From Candidatus Latescibacterota bacterium (lineage in GTDB: Bacteria; Latescibacterota; UBA2968; UBA8231), in the NCBI GenBank assembly GCA_965243025.1, contig CBDETY010000003.1:1824001-1888000 (forward strand): a stretch of DNA of 64,000 nt, given 5' to 3'. The notes beneath the pieces were generated by a model. The model saw only the letters and a program-made list of their open reading frames with translations, searched no databases and had not been told where the DNA came from. Of this stretch, positions 19,854 through 29,227 are shown piece by piece; position 1 is the first letter of the stretch; the number at the start of each line of letters is the position of its first letter. The position numbers were made by a program, and so were the translations under genes.

Positions 19854-21071
19854 ATGCCATCTCCTGTAGTAGTGCTCGACATCGGCGCTTCCAAGGTTCA
19901 CTGCCTGGTAGGTGAGGCGGTCGATGAAGTCGGGGTAAAATTAATCGGAACGGGCTTGAGCCCGTGTGACGGCATCCGTCGAACCGCCATCATCGACATG
20001 CCGAAAATGGTGGAAGCCATTCGCACGGCGGTTCGCGAGGCCGAGCGCTCCGCCGGTCTCAAGATCGTCGGTGCCTACGTCGGGGTGGCCGGCGAGGATA
20101 TTGAAACACACACCCACCGGGGTGCCGTTGCCATTTCCGGAAACTCCAACCCCATCGACGAAAACGATGTCCAGAGAGCCCTTGCGGCGGCAGAAGAATC
20201 CTCCTCTCCTCCCGGAAGCGCGACGGTTCTGCACCGGTTCGTACAGAGCTACACCCTCGACGGCGAACCGGTGCAGAATCCGCTCTGGCTCCACGGCAGC
20301 CGCCTGGAGGTGGAAACGCTCAGCGCAACAGCTCCGGCGCACGCCTGCACGACGTTGCGGCATGCGGTTTCCCAAGCCGGAGTCGACATCGCCGGGTTCA
20401 TCCTTGAAGCAGTTGCGGTGGGGGCGGCGCTGCTGTCGGTGGACGAGAGGGAAATGGGAGTCGGAATTCTCGACATCGGGGCCGGAACTTCCGACCTGTC
20501 GATATACCGCGGATCCCTCAGGTTTCTCGCCGAAATCCCCTTTGGAGGAGAGGACATCACCAAAGATCTCTCTGTCGTTCTCAACATGTCGCCAAGAGAG
20601 GCGGAAAAACTGAAGCGGGAAGAGGGCGGCGTCCGCTGTCCGGCGGAATCGGCAGATGAAGAGGTTTCTTTCAGTACTACCGCCGGACGGCCTCACACCC
20701 TGCTGAGACACCAGCTCAGCGCCGTCATCGAGGCCCGTCAGCAGGAGATACTGGAATTCGCCGCCCAGGAGATCCAGCGCACCGAGTTTGGACATCTCAT
20801 CACTGCTGGAATGGTTCTGACCGGAGGCGGTTCAATGCTGGGGAACCTGGACCAACTCGGCGAAGAAATCCTCGGAATGCCGGTCCGCATCGGTTCGCCC
20901 CAGGGTGTCGTGGCACTGGAAAACTCCGACCCAACCTTCTCCACCGCCGTCGGCTTGCTGCGTTTCGCCACCGATCAGCACGATTCTCCCGGCAGCATCC
21001 TGCCTTCCGGTCCTGATCGCCGCGGCGGATTCTTCGAGCGCATCACCAGGATATTCAGCTTCCTCGTGTAG
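19854..21071 (+). CDS. ftsA: Cell division protein FtsA, second (orphan) copy
   Basis: VLDIGASKV, LHRFVQSY..DG...P..GSRLE, LDIGAGTSD, FGGEDITKDL, IEARQQEI, VLTGGGS, C-terminal amphipathic FFERITRIFSF. Confidence 0.85.
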   Translation: MPSPVVVLDIGASKVHCLVGEAVDEVGVKLIGTGLSPCDGIRRTAIIDMPKMVEAIRTAVREAERSAGLKIVGAYVGVAGEDIETHTHRGAVAISGNSNPIDENDVQRALAAAEESSSPPGSATVLHRFVQSYTLDGEPVQNPLWLHGSRLEVETLSATAPAHACTTLRHAVSQAGVDIAGFILEAVAVGAALLSVDEREMGVGILDIGAGTSDLSIYRGSLRFLAEIPFGGEDITKDLSVVLNMSPREAEKLKREEGGVRCPAESADEEVSFSTTAGRPHTLLRHQLSAVIEARQQEILEFAAQEIQRTEFGHLITAGMVLTGGGSMLGNLDQLGEEILGMPVRIGSPQGVVALENSDPTFSTAVGLLRFATDQHDSPGSILPSGPDRRGGFFERITRIFSFLV

Positions 21072-21116
21072 CGTTCTTCGAACTGGTGGCAGGGGGGACC
21101 CCCCGCCATCGCTTCG

Positions 21117-21145
21117 TTGACAGAATCCTCCGAGCCTGCGAAAAT
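21117..21145 (+). promoter_or_regulatory. Possible promoter for tRNA-Thr
   Basis: TTGACA-17 bp-GAAAAT with TG extension. Confidence 0.4.
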
Positions 21146-21189
21146 TGATTGACGATTGACGCCGGCCCCGGCGGCGCCAGCCATCGACC

Positions 21190-21265
21190 GCCACCCTAGC
21201 TCAGTTGGTAGAGCAACTCACTCGTAATGAGTAGGTCGCCGGTTCGATTCCGGCGGGTGGCTCCA
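21190..21265 (+). tRNA. tRNA-Thr(CGT)
   Basis: GCCACCC/GGGTGGC acceptor stem, D-arm TAGCTCAGTTGGTAGAGC, anticodon arm ACTCA-CT CGT AA-TGAGT, GGTTCGATTCC, encoded CCA. Confidence 0.97.
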
Positions 21266-21276
21266 CAAATGAGAAC

Positions 21277-21310
21277 AGGCACCTGACGAACAGCGTCCAG
21301 GTGCTTTTTT
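21277..21310 (+). terminator. Intrinsic terminator after tRNA-Thr
   Basis: GCACCTG...CAGGTGC stem followed by T6. Confidence 0.75.
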
Positions 21311-21425
21311 CATGAATACACCAGGTCCGGGTGAGGTCTCCGGCATGAACTTCGAAAGCCGTTCCGCCTCCCGATTCAAGCCGGGATCCCCGAGCCTCCC
21401 GTCACCCCCGGGAAGCTGAGGGCGG

Positions 21426-21839
21426 ATGACAGCCGCTGATCTCCCGGATCTCAACGCCGGTCTCAACACGCTCAGCGCCCTGTTTCTCGGGCTGGGGTAT
21501 TTCCTGATCCGGCGCGGCCGGCGCCGCATGCACATGCGCGCCATGCTGGCCGCCCTGTTCACCTCTGCCCTGTTCCTGTGCTCCTATCTCTTCTACCACT
21601 GGACAGTCGGCTCCGTACCCTATCCCCACCACGACTGGACCCGCTGGCTGTATTTCGCCGTTCTGATACCTCATGCGGTTCTCGCCACGGTCATGGTGCC
21701 TTTCATCCTCCTGTCCCTGTGGCACGCATACCGGAGGCAGTTCCGGCGTCATGCGCGAATCACACGCTGGGTCTGGCCCGTCTGGATGTACGTATCCCTC
21801 AGCGGTGTAGTAGTCTACGCGATGCTCTACCGGATGTAG
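21426..21839 (+). CDS. DUF420 family membrane protein
   Basis: LPDLNAGLN, H.RAMLAA, SALFLCSYLFYH, H..LA, PVWMYVSLSGVVVY. Confidence 0.85.
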   Translation: MTAADLPDLNAGLNTLSALFLGLGYFLIRRGRRRMHMRAMLAALFTSALFLCSYLFYHWTVGSVPYPHHDWTRWLYFAVLIPHAVLATVMVPFILLSLWHAYRRQFRRHARITRWVWPVWMYVSLSGVVVYAMLYRM

Positions 21840-21908
21840 CCCTGAGCCCCTGTGCCAAACGGGCGGGCCCCTCCGGTGCCGGTCGCCCGGACCGGGCCCA
21901 GGTATTTC

Positions 21909-21937
21909 TTGACACCGATTCCGGGCTCCGGTACAAT
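21909..21937 (+). promoter_or_regulatory. Sigma70-type promoter for mltG-pcrA
   Basis: TTGACA-17 bp-TACAAT. Confidence 0.7.
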
Positions 21938-22023
21938 CGATCCGTCCTGCCCGCATCGATGCCATCCTACCCAGATCTTTCAGATTCATTCTTGAACAAC
22001 GGTTTCCCCGGGACCCCCTCTTC

Positions 22024-23043
22024 ATGAGCAGGTCTTCGGTTCTGATCCTCGGTGCCCTGATGGCGGTCGCGGTTGCCACAGCGTCCGGTCTTGCCGCCGC
22101 GGTCTGGTGGCTGGACCAGCCCACCGGAGCCGGCGAACAGGTCGTCCGCATCGACAGGGGGATGAACGCGCGCCAGATCGCCGATCTCCTCGAGGAGCGC
22201 GGGTTGGTGCGCAGCTCCCGGATTTTTTCGTGGAACGCAAGGTTGAACGGACTCGCCCGCCGGCTCGAAGCCGGGCGCTACCCTCTTTCCGGCGCCATGA
22301 CCGGCAGCGAGATTCTGCAGAACTTGCAGAAAGCGCCCCTGGAAATGGCTCGGGTGACCGTCCCCGAAGGCCTGACCCTGGGCGAAACCGCGTCCCTCCT
22401 GCAAGAGCGGGGACTTGCCGACTCCGCCCGGTTCGCAGCCCTTGCCACCGACCTGGAGATGGTCAGGAAGCAGGGGGTAAAGGCAGCGACCCTGGAAGGG
22501 TACCTGTTCCCCGAAACCTATTTCTTCGGCAAGGGTGTTTCGGAGAAGGAGATCATCGATCGCATGGTCTCGGAGTTCTTCTCCGTAGTCGACGACCCGT
22601 TGGTGGCGCGGCTCGACTCTCTCGAAATGTCGCTGCACGATGCGGTCATCCTCGCTTCGATCATAGAGGGAGAAGCAAGGGTCGACAGCGAGCGCCCGAT
22701 CATTTCATCGATATTCCACCGCCGCCTGAAACTGCGGCGGCGGCTCGAGTCGTGCGCTACCGTCGAGTACGCCCTGGGCTTTCACAAGGAAAGGCTGAGC
22801 AACGAGGATCTGCGGGTTAACTCCCCGTTCAATACCTACCTCCACCAGGGACTGCCCCCCGGGCCGATCGGCAACCCGGGAAGGGCTTCCCTGACGGCTA
22901 CCCTGTATCCGGCCGACACCGAATACCTGTATTTCGTGGCACGGGGCGACGGCACCCATTCCTTCAGCCGCACCAACAAGGAGCACGAAGCCGCCAAGCG
23001 GGCAATCCGGCGCGAGCAGCGCCAGCGCCGGACCCGGGGATAG
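22024..23043 (+). CDS. mltG: Endolytic transglycosylase MltG
   Basis: VTVPEG, LEGYLFPETY, LASIIEGEA, SPFNTY..GLPPGPIGNPG, YLYFVA. Confidence 0.95.
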   Translation: MSRSSVLILGALMAVAVATASGLAAAVWWLDQPTGAGEQVVRIDRGMNARQIADLLEERGLVRSSRIFSWNARLNGLARRLEAGRYPLSGAMTGSEILQNLQKAPLEMARVTVPEGLTLGETASLLQERGLADSARFAALATDLEMVRKQGVKAATLEGYLFPETYFFGKGVSEKEIIDRMVSEFFSVVDDPLVARLDSLEMSLHDAVILASIIEGEARVDSERPIISSIFHRRLKLRRRLESCATVEYALGFHKERLSNEDLRVNSPFNTYLHQGLPPGPIGNPGRASLTATLYPADTEYLYFVARGDGTHSFSRTNKEHEAAKRAIRREQRQRRTRG

Positions 23044-23078
23044 ACGCCGCGAAGGCCTCAAAACAGCCTCTCCCCGCC

Positions 23079-25382
23079 GTGAATCCGATCACCGACCTCA
23101 ACCCCGCGCAACGGGAAGCGGTTCAGTGCAGCGAGGGCCCCCTGCTCGTTCTTGCCGGGGCCGGCTCCGGAAAGACCAGGGTTCTTACCTGCCGCATCGC
23201 CCATCTCATCGACGCCGCCGGAGTTCCCCCCTGGAACATCCTCGCGGTGACCTTCACCAACAAGGCGGCCGGGGAGATGCGGGAGCGCATCGAGGAACTG
23301 GTCGGAAACGACGGCTCCGGCATCTGGACGGGCACCTTTCATTCGGTCTGTGCGCGCATCCTGCGCTACGAGTCGCAGGCGTTCGGACTCGAGTCCTCGT
23401 TCACCATCTACGACGAGGAGGACCGGCGCATCCTGGTCCGCAAAATCCTGGCGGACCTCGAAGTCGACGAACAGGAACTTTCCCCGCGCGCCGCAGCGGG
23501 CCGCATATCCCGCGCCAAGAACGGAATGGCGGACGCGGCCGCCTTCAGGGAACAGATCTCCTCTTCCAGCGCGCCCCAGAACCGCATCACCGCCGACGTG
23601 TTCGAGCGCTACGAGTCGGAACTGCGCCAGAACAACGCCTTCGATTTCGACGATCTCATCTGCGAGCCGGTGCGGCGGTTCCAGCAGCACCCGGAGGTGC
23701 TCGAAAAATACCGCAACCGGTTCCGCTACATCCTGATCGACGAGTACCAGGACACCAATCGACCGCAGTACCTGCTCGCCAGGCAGCTGGCCGCCGAGCA
23801 CCGGAACATCTGCTGCGTCGGCGACGACGATCAATCGATATACCAGTTCAGAGGCGCGGACATTCGCAACATCCTCGACTTCGAACGCGACTACCCGGAC
23901 GCCACCGTCGTCCGCCTCGAGCAGAACTACCGGTCGACCGGGCGCATTCTCGAAGCGGCCAACGCCGTCATCCGGCACAACCTCGACCGCAAGGGAAAGA
24001 ACCTCTGGACGCAAGCCGAGGAAGGGGACCCGCTCCGGGTCGGAGACTGCGGAGACGACCGCGCCGAAGCGCGTCACATCGTCGCTGCGATCTCCGCGAC
24101 CTGCCGGAAGGAAGGTCTGTCCCTGAGGGAAGCGGCGGTGCTGTACAGGACCAACGCCCAGTCACGGGCACTCGAAGAGGAGCTGCAGCGGGGAGGTGTT
24201 CCGTACGCAATTGTCGGCGGCATCCGCTTCTACGAACGCAGGGAAATAAAGGATCTCCTCGCCTATCTCAGGCTGCTGGCGAACCCGGCCGACGACGTCA
24301 GCCTGCTGCGGATCATCAACGTCCCCAAACGCGGAATCGGCGCCGCCACGATCCAGCGCCTGCGGGAGGTCGCCTTGCGGGGCGGGATGGGCCTTCTGCA
24401 GGCGGTGACAGATGGAAACGTCCCCGGACTGGGAACACGTGCGGCGACTTCCCTGGAGCGCTTTGCGGCCATTCTCCGCGGCCTGCGCCGGGACCGGGAG
24501 CGCCTCGAGCTGCCTGAGCTCGCCGAGCAGGTACTGGTGCGAACCGGGTATCTCGACGCCCTCCGCGACGACCCCTCGGTGGAAGCGAGGTCCCGGGAGG
24601 AGAACATCGGCCAGCTGCTGGCGAGGATCGCCGAGTTCCAGGAGTCCGGCCCGGCGGAACCGAGCGGTTCCGAAAGGCGCGGTCTCGAGGGTTTCCTCGA
24701 AGAAGTCGCCCTGATGTCGCCGGTCGACGAGACGGGGACCGAGGCGGATTCCGTCACCTTGATGACCCTGCACATGGCCAAGGGGCTCGAGTTCCCCCTG
24801 GTGTTCATCGCCGGCATGGAGGAAGGCCTCTTCCCGACGGCGCGGGCCATCGAGGAAAGCCGGAGTGGGGGGGGCGCGATCGAAGAAGAGCGCCGTCTGT
24901 TTTATGTCGGCATCACCCGGGCGCAGCGCTTCCTGGCGCTGACCTTCGCGCGCTGGCGCTACTCCTTCGGCTCTCTCAGCCCGACCGAGCCTTCCCGGTT
25001 TCTCGAGGAGGTTCCCCGGGAACTGGTCGAGGTGGAGGAGGTTTCTCACCGTGAAGGGATCGGTTTCACCGCCGCGCAGAGACGCGCCGACTCGGACCGA
25101 AGGCGCGGCTCCGGGCGGGCCCGACACCTCCCTTCCCCAAAGCCCAAGGCAGCCGTGAAAAAAGGCATCCACTACGAATTCGACGACGAACCGGGGTCAG
25201 CGGCCGGGGAGGCCGGCGACGACCTCCTTGCCGTAGGACGCTGGGTCAGGCACCCCGCCTTCGGCCGCGGCGAGATCGTCGACCGCGAGGGCAGCGGTGA
25301 GGATCTCAAGCTTTCGATCCGCTTCGGCTCCTCGAGACCGAAGAAGATTATGGTCGCCTACGCCCACCTTGAACCGGCCTGA
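23079..25382 (+). CDS. pcrA: ATP-dependent DNA helicase PcrA/UvrD
   Basis: LNPAQREAV, AGAGSGKT, DEYQDTN, VGDDDQSIY, LEQNYRST, LHMAKGLEF, EEERRLFYVGITRA, C-terminal Tudor-like VRHPAFGRG. Confidence 0.95.
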   Translation: MNPITDLNPAQREAVQCSEGPLLVLAGAGSGKTRVLTCRIAHLIDAAGVPPWNILAVTFTNKAAGEMRERIEELVGNDGSGIWTGTFHSVCARILRYESQAFGLESSFTIYDEEDRRILVRKILADLEVDEQELSPRAAAGRISRAKNGMADAAAFREQISSSSAPQNRITADVFERYESELRQNNAFDFDDLICEPVRRFQQHPEVLEKYRNRFRYILIDEYQDTNRPQYLLARQLAAEHRNICCVGDDDQSIYQFRGADIRNILDFERDYPDATVVRLEQNYRSTGRILEAANAVIRHNLDRKGKNLWTQAEEGDPLRVGDCGDDRAEARHIVAAISATCRKEGLSLREAAVLYRTNAQSRALEEELQRGGVPYAIVGGIRFYERREIKDLLAYLRLLANPADDVSLLRIINVPKRGIGAATIQRLREVALRGGMGLLQAVTDGNVPGLGTRAATSLERFAAILRGLRRDRERLELPELAEQVLVRTGYLDALRDDPSVEARSREENIGQLLARIAEFQESGPAEPSGSERRGLEGFLEEVALMSPVDETGTEADSVTLMTLHMAKGLEFPLVFIAGMEEGLFPTARAIEESRSGGGAIEEERRLFYVGITRAQRFLALTFARWRYSFGSLSPTEPSRFLEEVPRELVEVEEVSHREGIGFTAAQRRADSDRRRGSGRARHLPSPKPKAAVKKGIHYEFDDEPGSAAGEAGDDLLAVGRWVRHPAFGRGEIVDREGSGEDLKLSIRFGSSRPKKIMVAYAHLEPA

Positions 25383-25568
25383 GTCCCTGCGCCGATTTTC
25401 GCATTTCGACCGCCAGACCCTCTTGGAGGAAAGCCCGGTCCAATGCCAACCGTTTCATCCCGGAAGTCTGCCCTCAACCCTGTTCCGGCCTCCCCGCTTG
25501 CCCCCGGAAGCCCGTTTTTGCGACATTCGACCACCCCGCTTAGGTTTGCTAATTGGTTGTAAATCACA

Positions 25569-26930
25569 ATGTTGGAGCAACAGGCGCGCACTGTGGACCG
25601 CCCCCTTGACCAACCCTTGCGGGTTTCCTTCACGAACGTCGGCTGCAAGCTGAACCAGCACGAGCTGGAGACGCTGCAGAACGGATTCGACCGCCGCGGG
25701 CACGCCGTGGTCGGGGACGGGGAGGCGGACGTATGCGTGGTCAATACCTGCACGGTCACCGGATCGGGCGACGCCGATTCGCGCAAGGCGGTGCGCCGGG
25801 CCCGGCGCAGGAACCCGGGGGCAACGGTGGTGGCCACCGGCTGTTACGCCCAGCGGCGACCCGGCGACCTCTCCGCAGCCGGGGCTCACCTTGTGCTCGG
25901 CAACGACCGCAAGGCCGAGCTCCTGCAACTGGTGGAGAGCTACCTCGCCGGCGGCGAGGAGTTGCATCCCCCGGCACCTGACCGGGCCCCTGTCGGCCGT
26001 TTCCTCGAAATCGAAGGAGTCGTAGCCCGGGGCCGCACCCGCGGCACCCTGAAGATCCAGGACGGCTGCGACGAGCACTGCACCTACTGCATAATCCCGG
26101 CGGTGCGTGGAAAGGGGATCAGCAGGCCCGCCGCCGAGGTGGTGAGCCAGGCGCGGAAGATGGTGGAGGCCGGGTACTGCGAGCTCGCCCTCACCGGCGT
26201 TCACACCGGGAGTTACGGCGGCGACGGCGGCGGGACGAGCACCCTGGTTCCCCTGCTGAAGGAACTCGACGCTATCGACGGCCTCGAGCGTATCCGTCTC
26301 AACTCGGTGGAGCCGGCCTACGTCAGCGAGGCGCTTGTCGACCACGCCGCGACCTCGGCCAAGTTCTGCCGCCATTTCCACATCCCCCTGCAGAGCGGAG
26401 ACGATTCCGTCCTGCGCCGCATGGGGCGCCGCTACCGGCGCGGCGACTACGCGGCGACAATCGACCGCATTCACGAGGCTGTCCCGGATTGCGCCATAGG
26501 GGCCGACGTCATGGTCGGCTTCCCGGGGGAGGAGCGGGCCCACTTCGACAACACCTGCTCCCTCCTGCGCGACCTTCCGGTTTCCTATCTGCACGTTTTC
26601 CCGTACTCCCTGCGCACCGAAACCCCCGCGGAGCGGCTTTCGGGACACCTGAGCCGCGGCGAAAAGTCCGAACGGGCCAAAGAGCTGATCGAACTCGGGA
26701 ACGAGAAACGGATGCGGTTCCACCTGAATTTCCTCGGCCGAAGGGTCCATCCCCTGGTCGAGGACCGCCGGGACCGCGCCAGCGGTCTGCCGGTCGGTCT
26801 GACCGACAACTACCTCAAGGTCGCCATCGACTCCGGCCGCGACCTCCCCCCCGGAAGCATCGTCGCCGCAAACGTCACCCGGGCCCGCGAAGACATGGTG
26901 TACGGGACGGCCGCCGGGGCAGGGACATGA
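25569..26930 (+). CDS. mtaB: tRNA ms2t6A37 methylthiotransferase MtaB
   Basis: GCKLNQHE, NTCTVT, TGCYAQ, KIQDGCDEHCTYC, GADVMVGFPGE, HVFPYS. Confidence 0.9.
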   Translation: MLEQQARTVDRPLDQPLRVSFTNVGCKLNQHELETLQNGFDRRGHAVVGDGEADVCVVNTCTVTGSGDADSRKAVRRARRRNPGATVVATGCYAQRRPGDLSAAGAHLVLGNDRKAELLQLVESYLAGGEELHPPAPDRAPVGRFLEIEGVVARGRTRGTLKIQDGCDEHCTYCIIPAVRGKGISRPAAEVVSQARKMVEAGYCELALTGVHTGSYGGDGGGTSTLVPLLKELDAIDGLERIRLNSVEPAYVSEALVDHAATSAKFCRHFHIPLQSGDDSVLRRMGRRYRRGDYAATIDRIHEAVPDCAIGADVMVGFPGEERAHFDNTCSLLRDLPVSYLHVFPYSLRTETPAERLSGHLSRGEKSERAKELIELGNEKRMRFHLNFLGRRVHPLVEDRRDRASGLPVGLTDNYLKVAIDSGRDLPPGSIVAANVTRAREDMVYGTAAGAGT

Positions 26931-28345
26931 GTGTTCCAACCGCCGCACCGGGACGCCTGATCTCTCCGCAGGAGATCCTCCGTGAGCCTGCCGGACGCGG
27001 GGCGGCGGTTCCGGCACCGGCCGCGGCGGGCCGCAGCGCCTACATCGAGACCTACGGGTGCCAGATGAACGTCGCCGATACCGAGCTGGTTGCGGCTATC
27101 CTCGGCGACGCCGGCTACCTGGTTTGCGAACGTCCCGAGCAGGCCGACGTAATCCTGATCAACACCTGCGCGGTGCGGGAGCACGCCGAGGAGCGGGTGA
27201 TCGGCAGGGCCTCCCAGCTCAGCGGCCTGCGGGCGCAGCGGCCGGGTTTGACCCTGGGAATCCTCGGATGCATGGCCCAACACCTGTCCAGGAGCCTTCC
27301 CCGGCGGGCCCCGTTCGTCGACCTGGTCGTCGGTCCGGATTCCTACCAGCGCCTTCCCGAGATACTCGCCCAGACCTCCGAGGAAACACTGCTCGACGTG
27401 CGTCTGAGCCGCAGCGAGAACTACGCCGGGCTCGACCCGACCCGGAACTCGGGAACCAACGCCTGGGTGACGATCATCCGCGGCTGCGACAAGTTCTGCA
27501 CCTTCTGCATCGTTCCCTACGTGCGCGGCAGGGAGCGCAGTCTCGAGGCCGCGGAGGTTCTGAGACAGGTGCGCCGCATCGCCGCCGAGGGGTTCCGGCA
27601 GGTCACCCTGCTGGGACAGACGGTCAACTCCTACCGGGACGAAACGGGTGTGGACTTCGCCACCCTGCTGCGCTCGGTATCGGCGGTCGACGGCATCGAC
27701 CGCGTCCGCTTCACCTCCCCCTACCCGGTCGATTTCGACGACGGCACGATCGAAGCGATGGCAACGGTTCCCGGAATCTGCCCCTCCCTGCACCTTCCGG
27801 TGCAGAGCGCCAGCGACCGCCTGCTCGGGCTGATGAAACGCGGGTACTCCATTTCACAGTACCGCGACCTCGTCGGCCGCCTGCGGGAAGCGATCCCCGG
27901 CCTCGCCCTGACCACGGATGTCATCGTCGGTTTCTGTTCCGAGACCGACGCCGAGTTCGAGCTGACCTGCGACCTGATGAAGGAGATCCGCTACGACTCG
28001 GCTTTCATGTTCAAGTACTCGGAGCGGCCGGGAACGGCGGCTCACCGCGGCATCCCCGACGATGTGCCGGAAGAGGTGAAGGGCGAAAGGCTGCAGGAGG
28101 TAATCCGGCTCCAGGAACGGATCTCGGGGGAGATCAACGAGGCCGCGGTCGGCCGCACCGTCGAGGTGCTGGTCGAGGGGCCGAGCAGGCGCAGTGGGAA
28201 ATCGGGGATTCCCAGCAACTACGGGCGCTCTCTCCAGGGCAAGACGGTGGTTTTTCCCGAAGCAGCCGATCCCAACTCCCTGGTAGAGGTGCGCGTCGAC
28301 CGGGTCACGTCCCACACCCTCTACGGAACCCGGATCGACACCTGA
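26927..28345 (+). CDS. miaB: tRNA ms2i6A37 methylthiotransferase MiaB
   Basis: ETYGCQMNVADTE, NTCAVREHAE, GCDKFCTFCIVPYVRGRERS, LLGQTVNSY, TRAM domain; ATGA overlap with mtaB. Confidence 0.93.
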   Translation: MSVPTAAPGRLISPQEILREPAGRGAAVPAPAAAGRSAYIETYGCQMNVADTELVAAILGDAGYLVCERPEQADVILINTCAVREHAEERVIGRASQLSGLRAQRPGLTLGILGCMAQHLSRSLPRRAPFVDLVVGPDSYQRLPEILAQTSEETLLDVRLSRSENYAGLDPTRNSGTNAWVTIIRGCDKFCTFCIVPYVRGRERSLEAAEVLRQVRRIAAEGFRQVTLLGQTVNSYRDETGVDFATLLRSVSAVDGIDRVRFTSPYPVDFDDGTIEAMATVPGICPSLHLPVQSASDRLLGLMKRGYSISQYRDLVGRLREAIPGLALTTDVIVGFCSETDAEFELTCDLMKEIRYDSAFMFKYSERPGTAAHRGIPDDVPEEVKGERLQEVIRLQERISGEINEAAVGRTVEVLVEGPSRRSGKSGIPSNYGRSLQGKTVVFPEAADPNSLVEVRVDRVTSHTLYGTRIDT

Positions 28346-28354
28346 GCCGAGGCC

Positions 28355-29227
28355 CTACGGGCCACCGGCGAGCTCATCGTTCCAGGGCCCGCCCTCCCCT
28401 TCGTCCCTCTCCTCGTCGCTGACAGGCAACAATTCCCACTCGGCGAACGCGCCGGGGGTGTGGCCGCGCCCACAGTACGACCGGTACTCGCAGTGACGGC
28501 ACTCCCGCTTGTCCCCGGTGCGCGGAAACCCTTCCGGATCCCCTTTCTCCGCGAGGGACGCGATCTCTGCGATCGCCCTTTGCAGACGGTCCTCTGCTTC
28601 GGCGTGCAGGGCCGCGGAGTAGCGGATCGGCTCCAGGGCGTCCGGGAATCCGGCGTGCCAGTACTGGAGTTCCAGCTCCCCGGGATCGACCGACCTTGAG
28701 CCCCCTCCGTCGACCAGGGTACCCCCCGCTTCGGCGAAGACGTAGCAGTATACGGCAGTCTGCCAGCTGCGCTGCAGGTCCGCCTGCCGCGGCCTGAGCC
28801 GGCCTGTCTTCCAGTCGATGATGCGCATGGTGGCGACGCTGCCGGGCGCCGGCAGCACGATGCGGTCGAACTTGGCGACTGCGTTGAACTCTCCTACCGC
28901 GGCGGAGAGCTCCACCTCGCTGATGACCCGCTCCCCATCCCCGGGACGCGGGGCGGACCGCAGGAAATTCTCCCACCAACCGGCGAGCACCGGGTCGCCG
29001 CTGGCAGCCACCGTGGCTTCGACATCGAGACCGAGGGCGGACTGCTGAACAAGCAGGTGAAACAACTGCCCTCGCCGGGTGGCCTCCTCCCACTGTTCCT
29101 CGGAGTCGGTGACAGGAGCCGGCCACTCCAGAGCGTCGACGTAACGCAGGAAAAATCGCCTCCGGCAGCGGTCGAACGCCTGCAGTCCGCTCTGGCTGAA
29201 GCGGAATTCCCCGCTGATGCCGGTCAC
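28355..29227 (-). CDS. Stand-alone PD-(D/E)XK nuclease with AddB/AdnB-like 4Fe-4S ligands
   Basis: FSQSGLQAFDRCRRRFFLRY, GQLFH, E...KFDRI...IIDWKTG, QxxxY, CRHCEYRSYC; GTG start overlaps the upstream TGA. Confidence 0.85.
   Translation of the reverse strand: MTGISGEFRFSQSGLQAFDRCRRRFFLRYVDALEWPAPVTDSEEQWEEATRRGQLFHLLVQQSALGLDVEATVAASGDPVLAGWWENFLRSAPRPGDGERVISEVELSAAVGEFNAVAKFDRIVLPAPGSVATMRIIDWKTGRLRPRQADLQRSWQTAVYCYVFAEAGGTLVDGGGSRSVDPGELELQYWHAGFPDALEPIRYSAALHAEAEDRLQRAIAEIASLAEKGDPEGFPRTGDKRECRHCEYRSYCGRGHTPGAFAEWELLPVSDEERDEGEGGPWNDELAGGP

Noticed and set aside
21190-21310. tRNA-Thr or tRNA-Ala as integration sites of an island
   Set aside because: No integrase and no duplicated tRNA 3' end were seen, and the flanking genes are housekeeping.
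28355-29227. Cas4 / CRISPR association of the Fe-S nuclease
   Set aside because: No cas1/cas2 or repeat-spacer array was seen anywhere in the window, and the context is helicase-linked.
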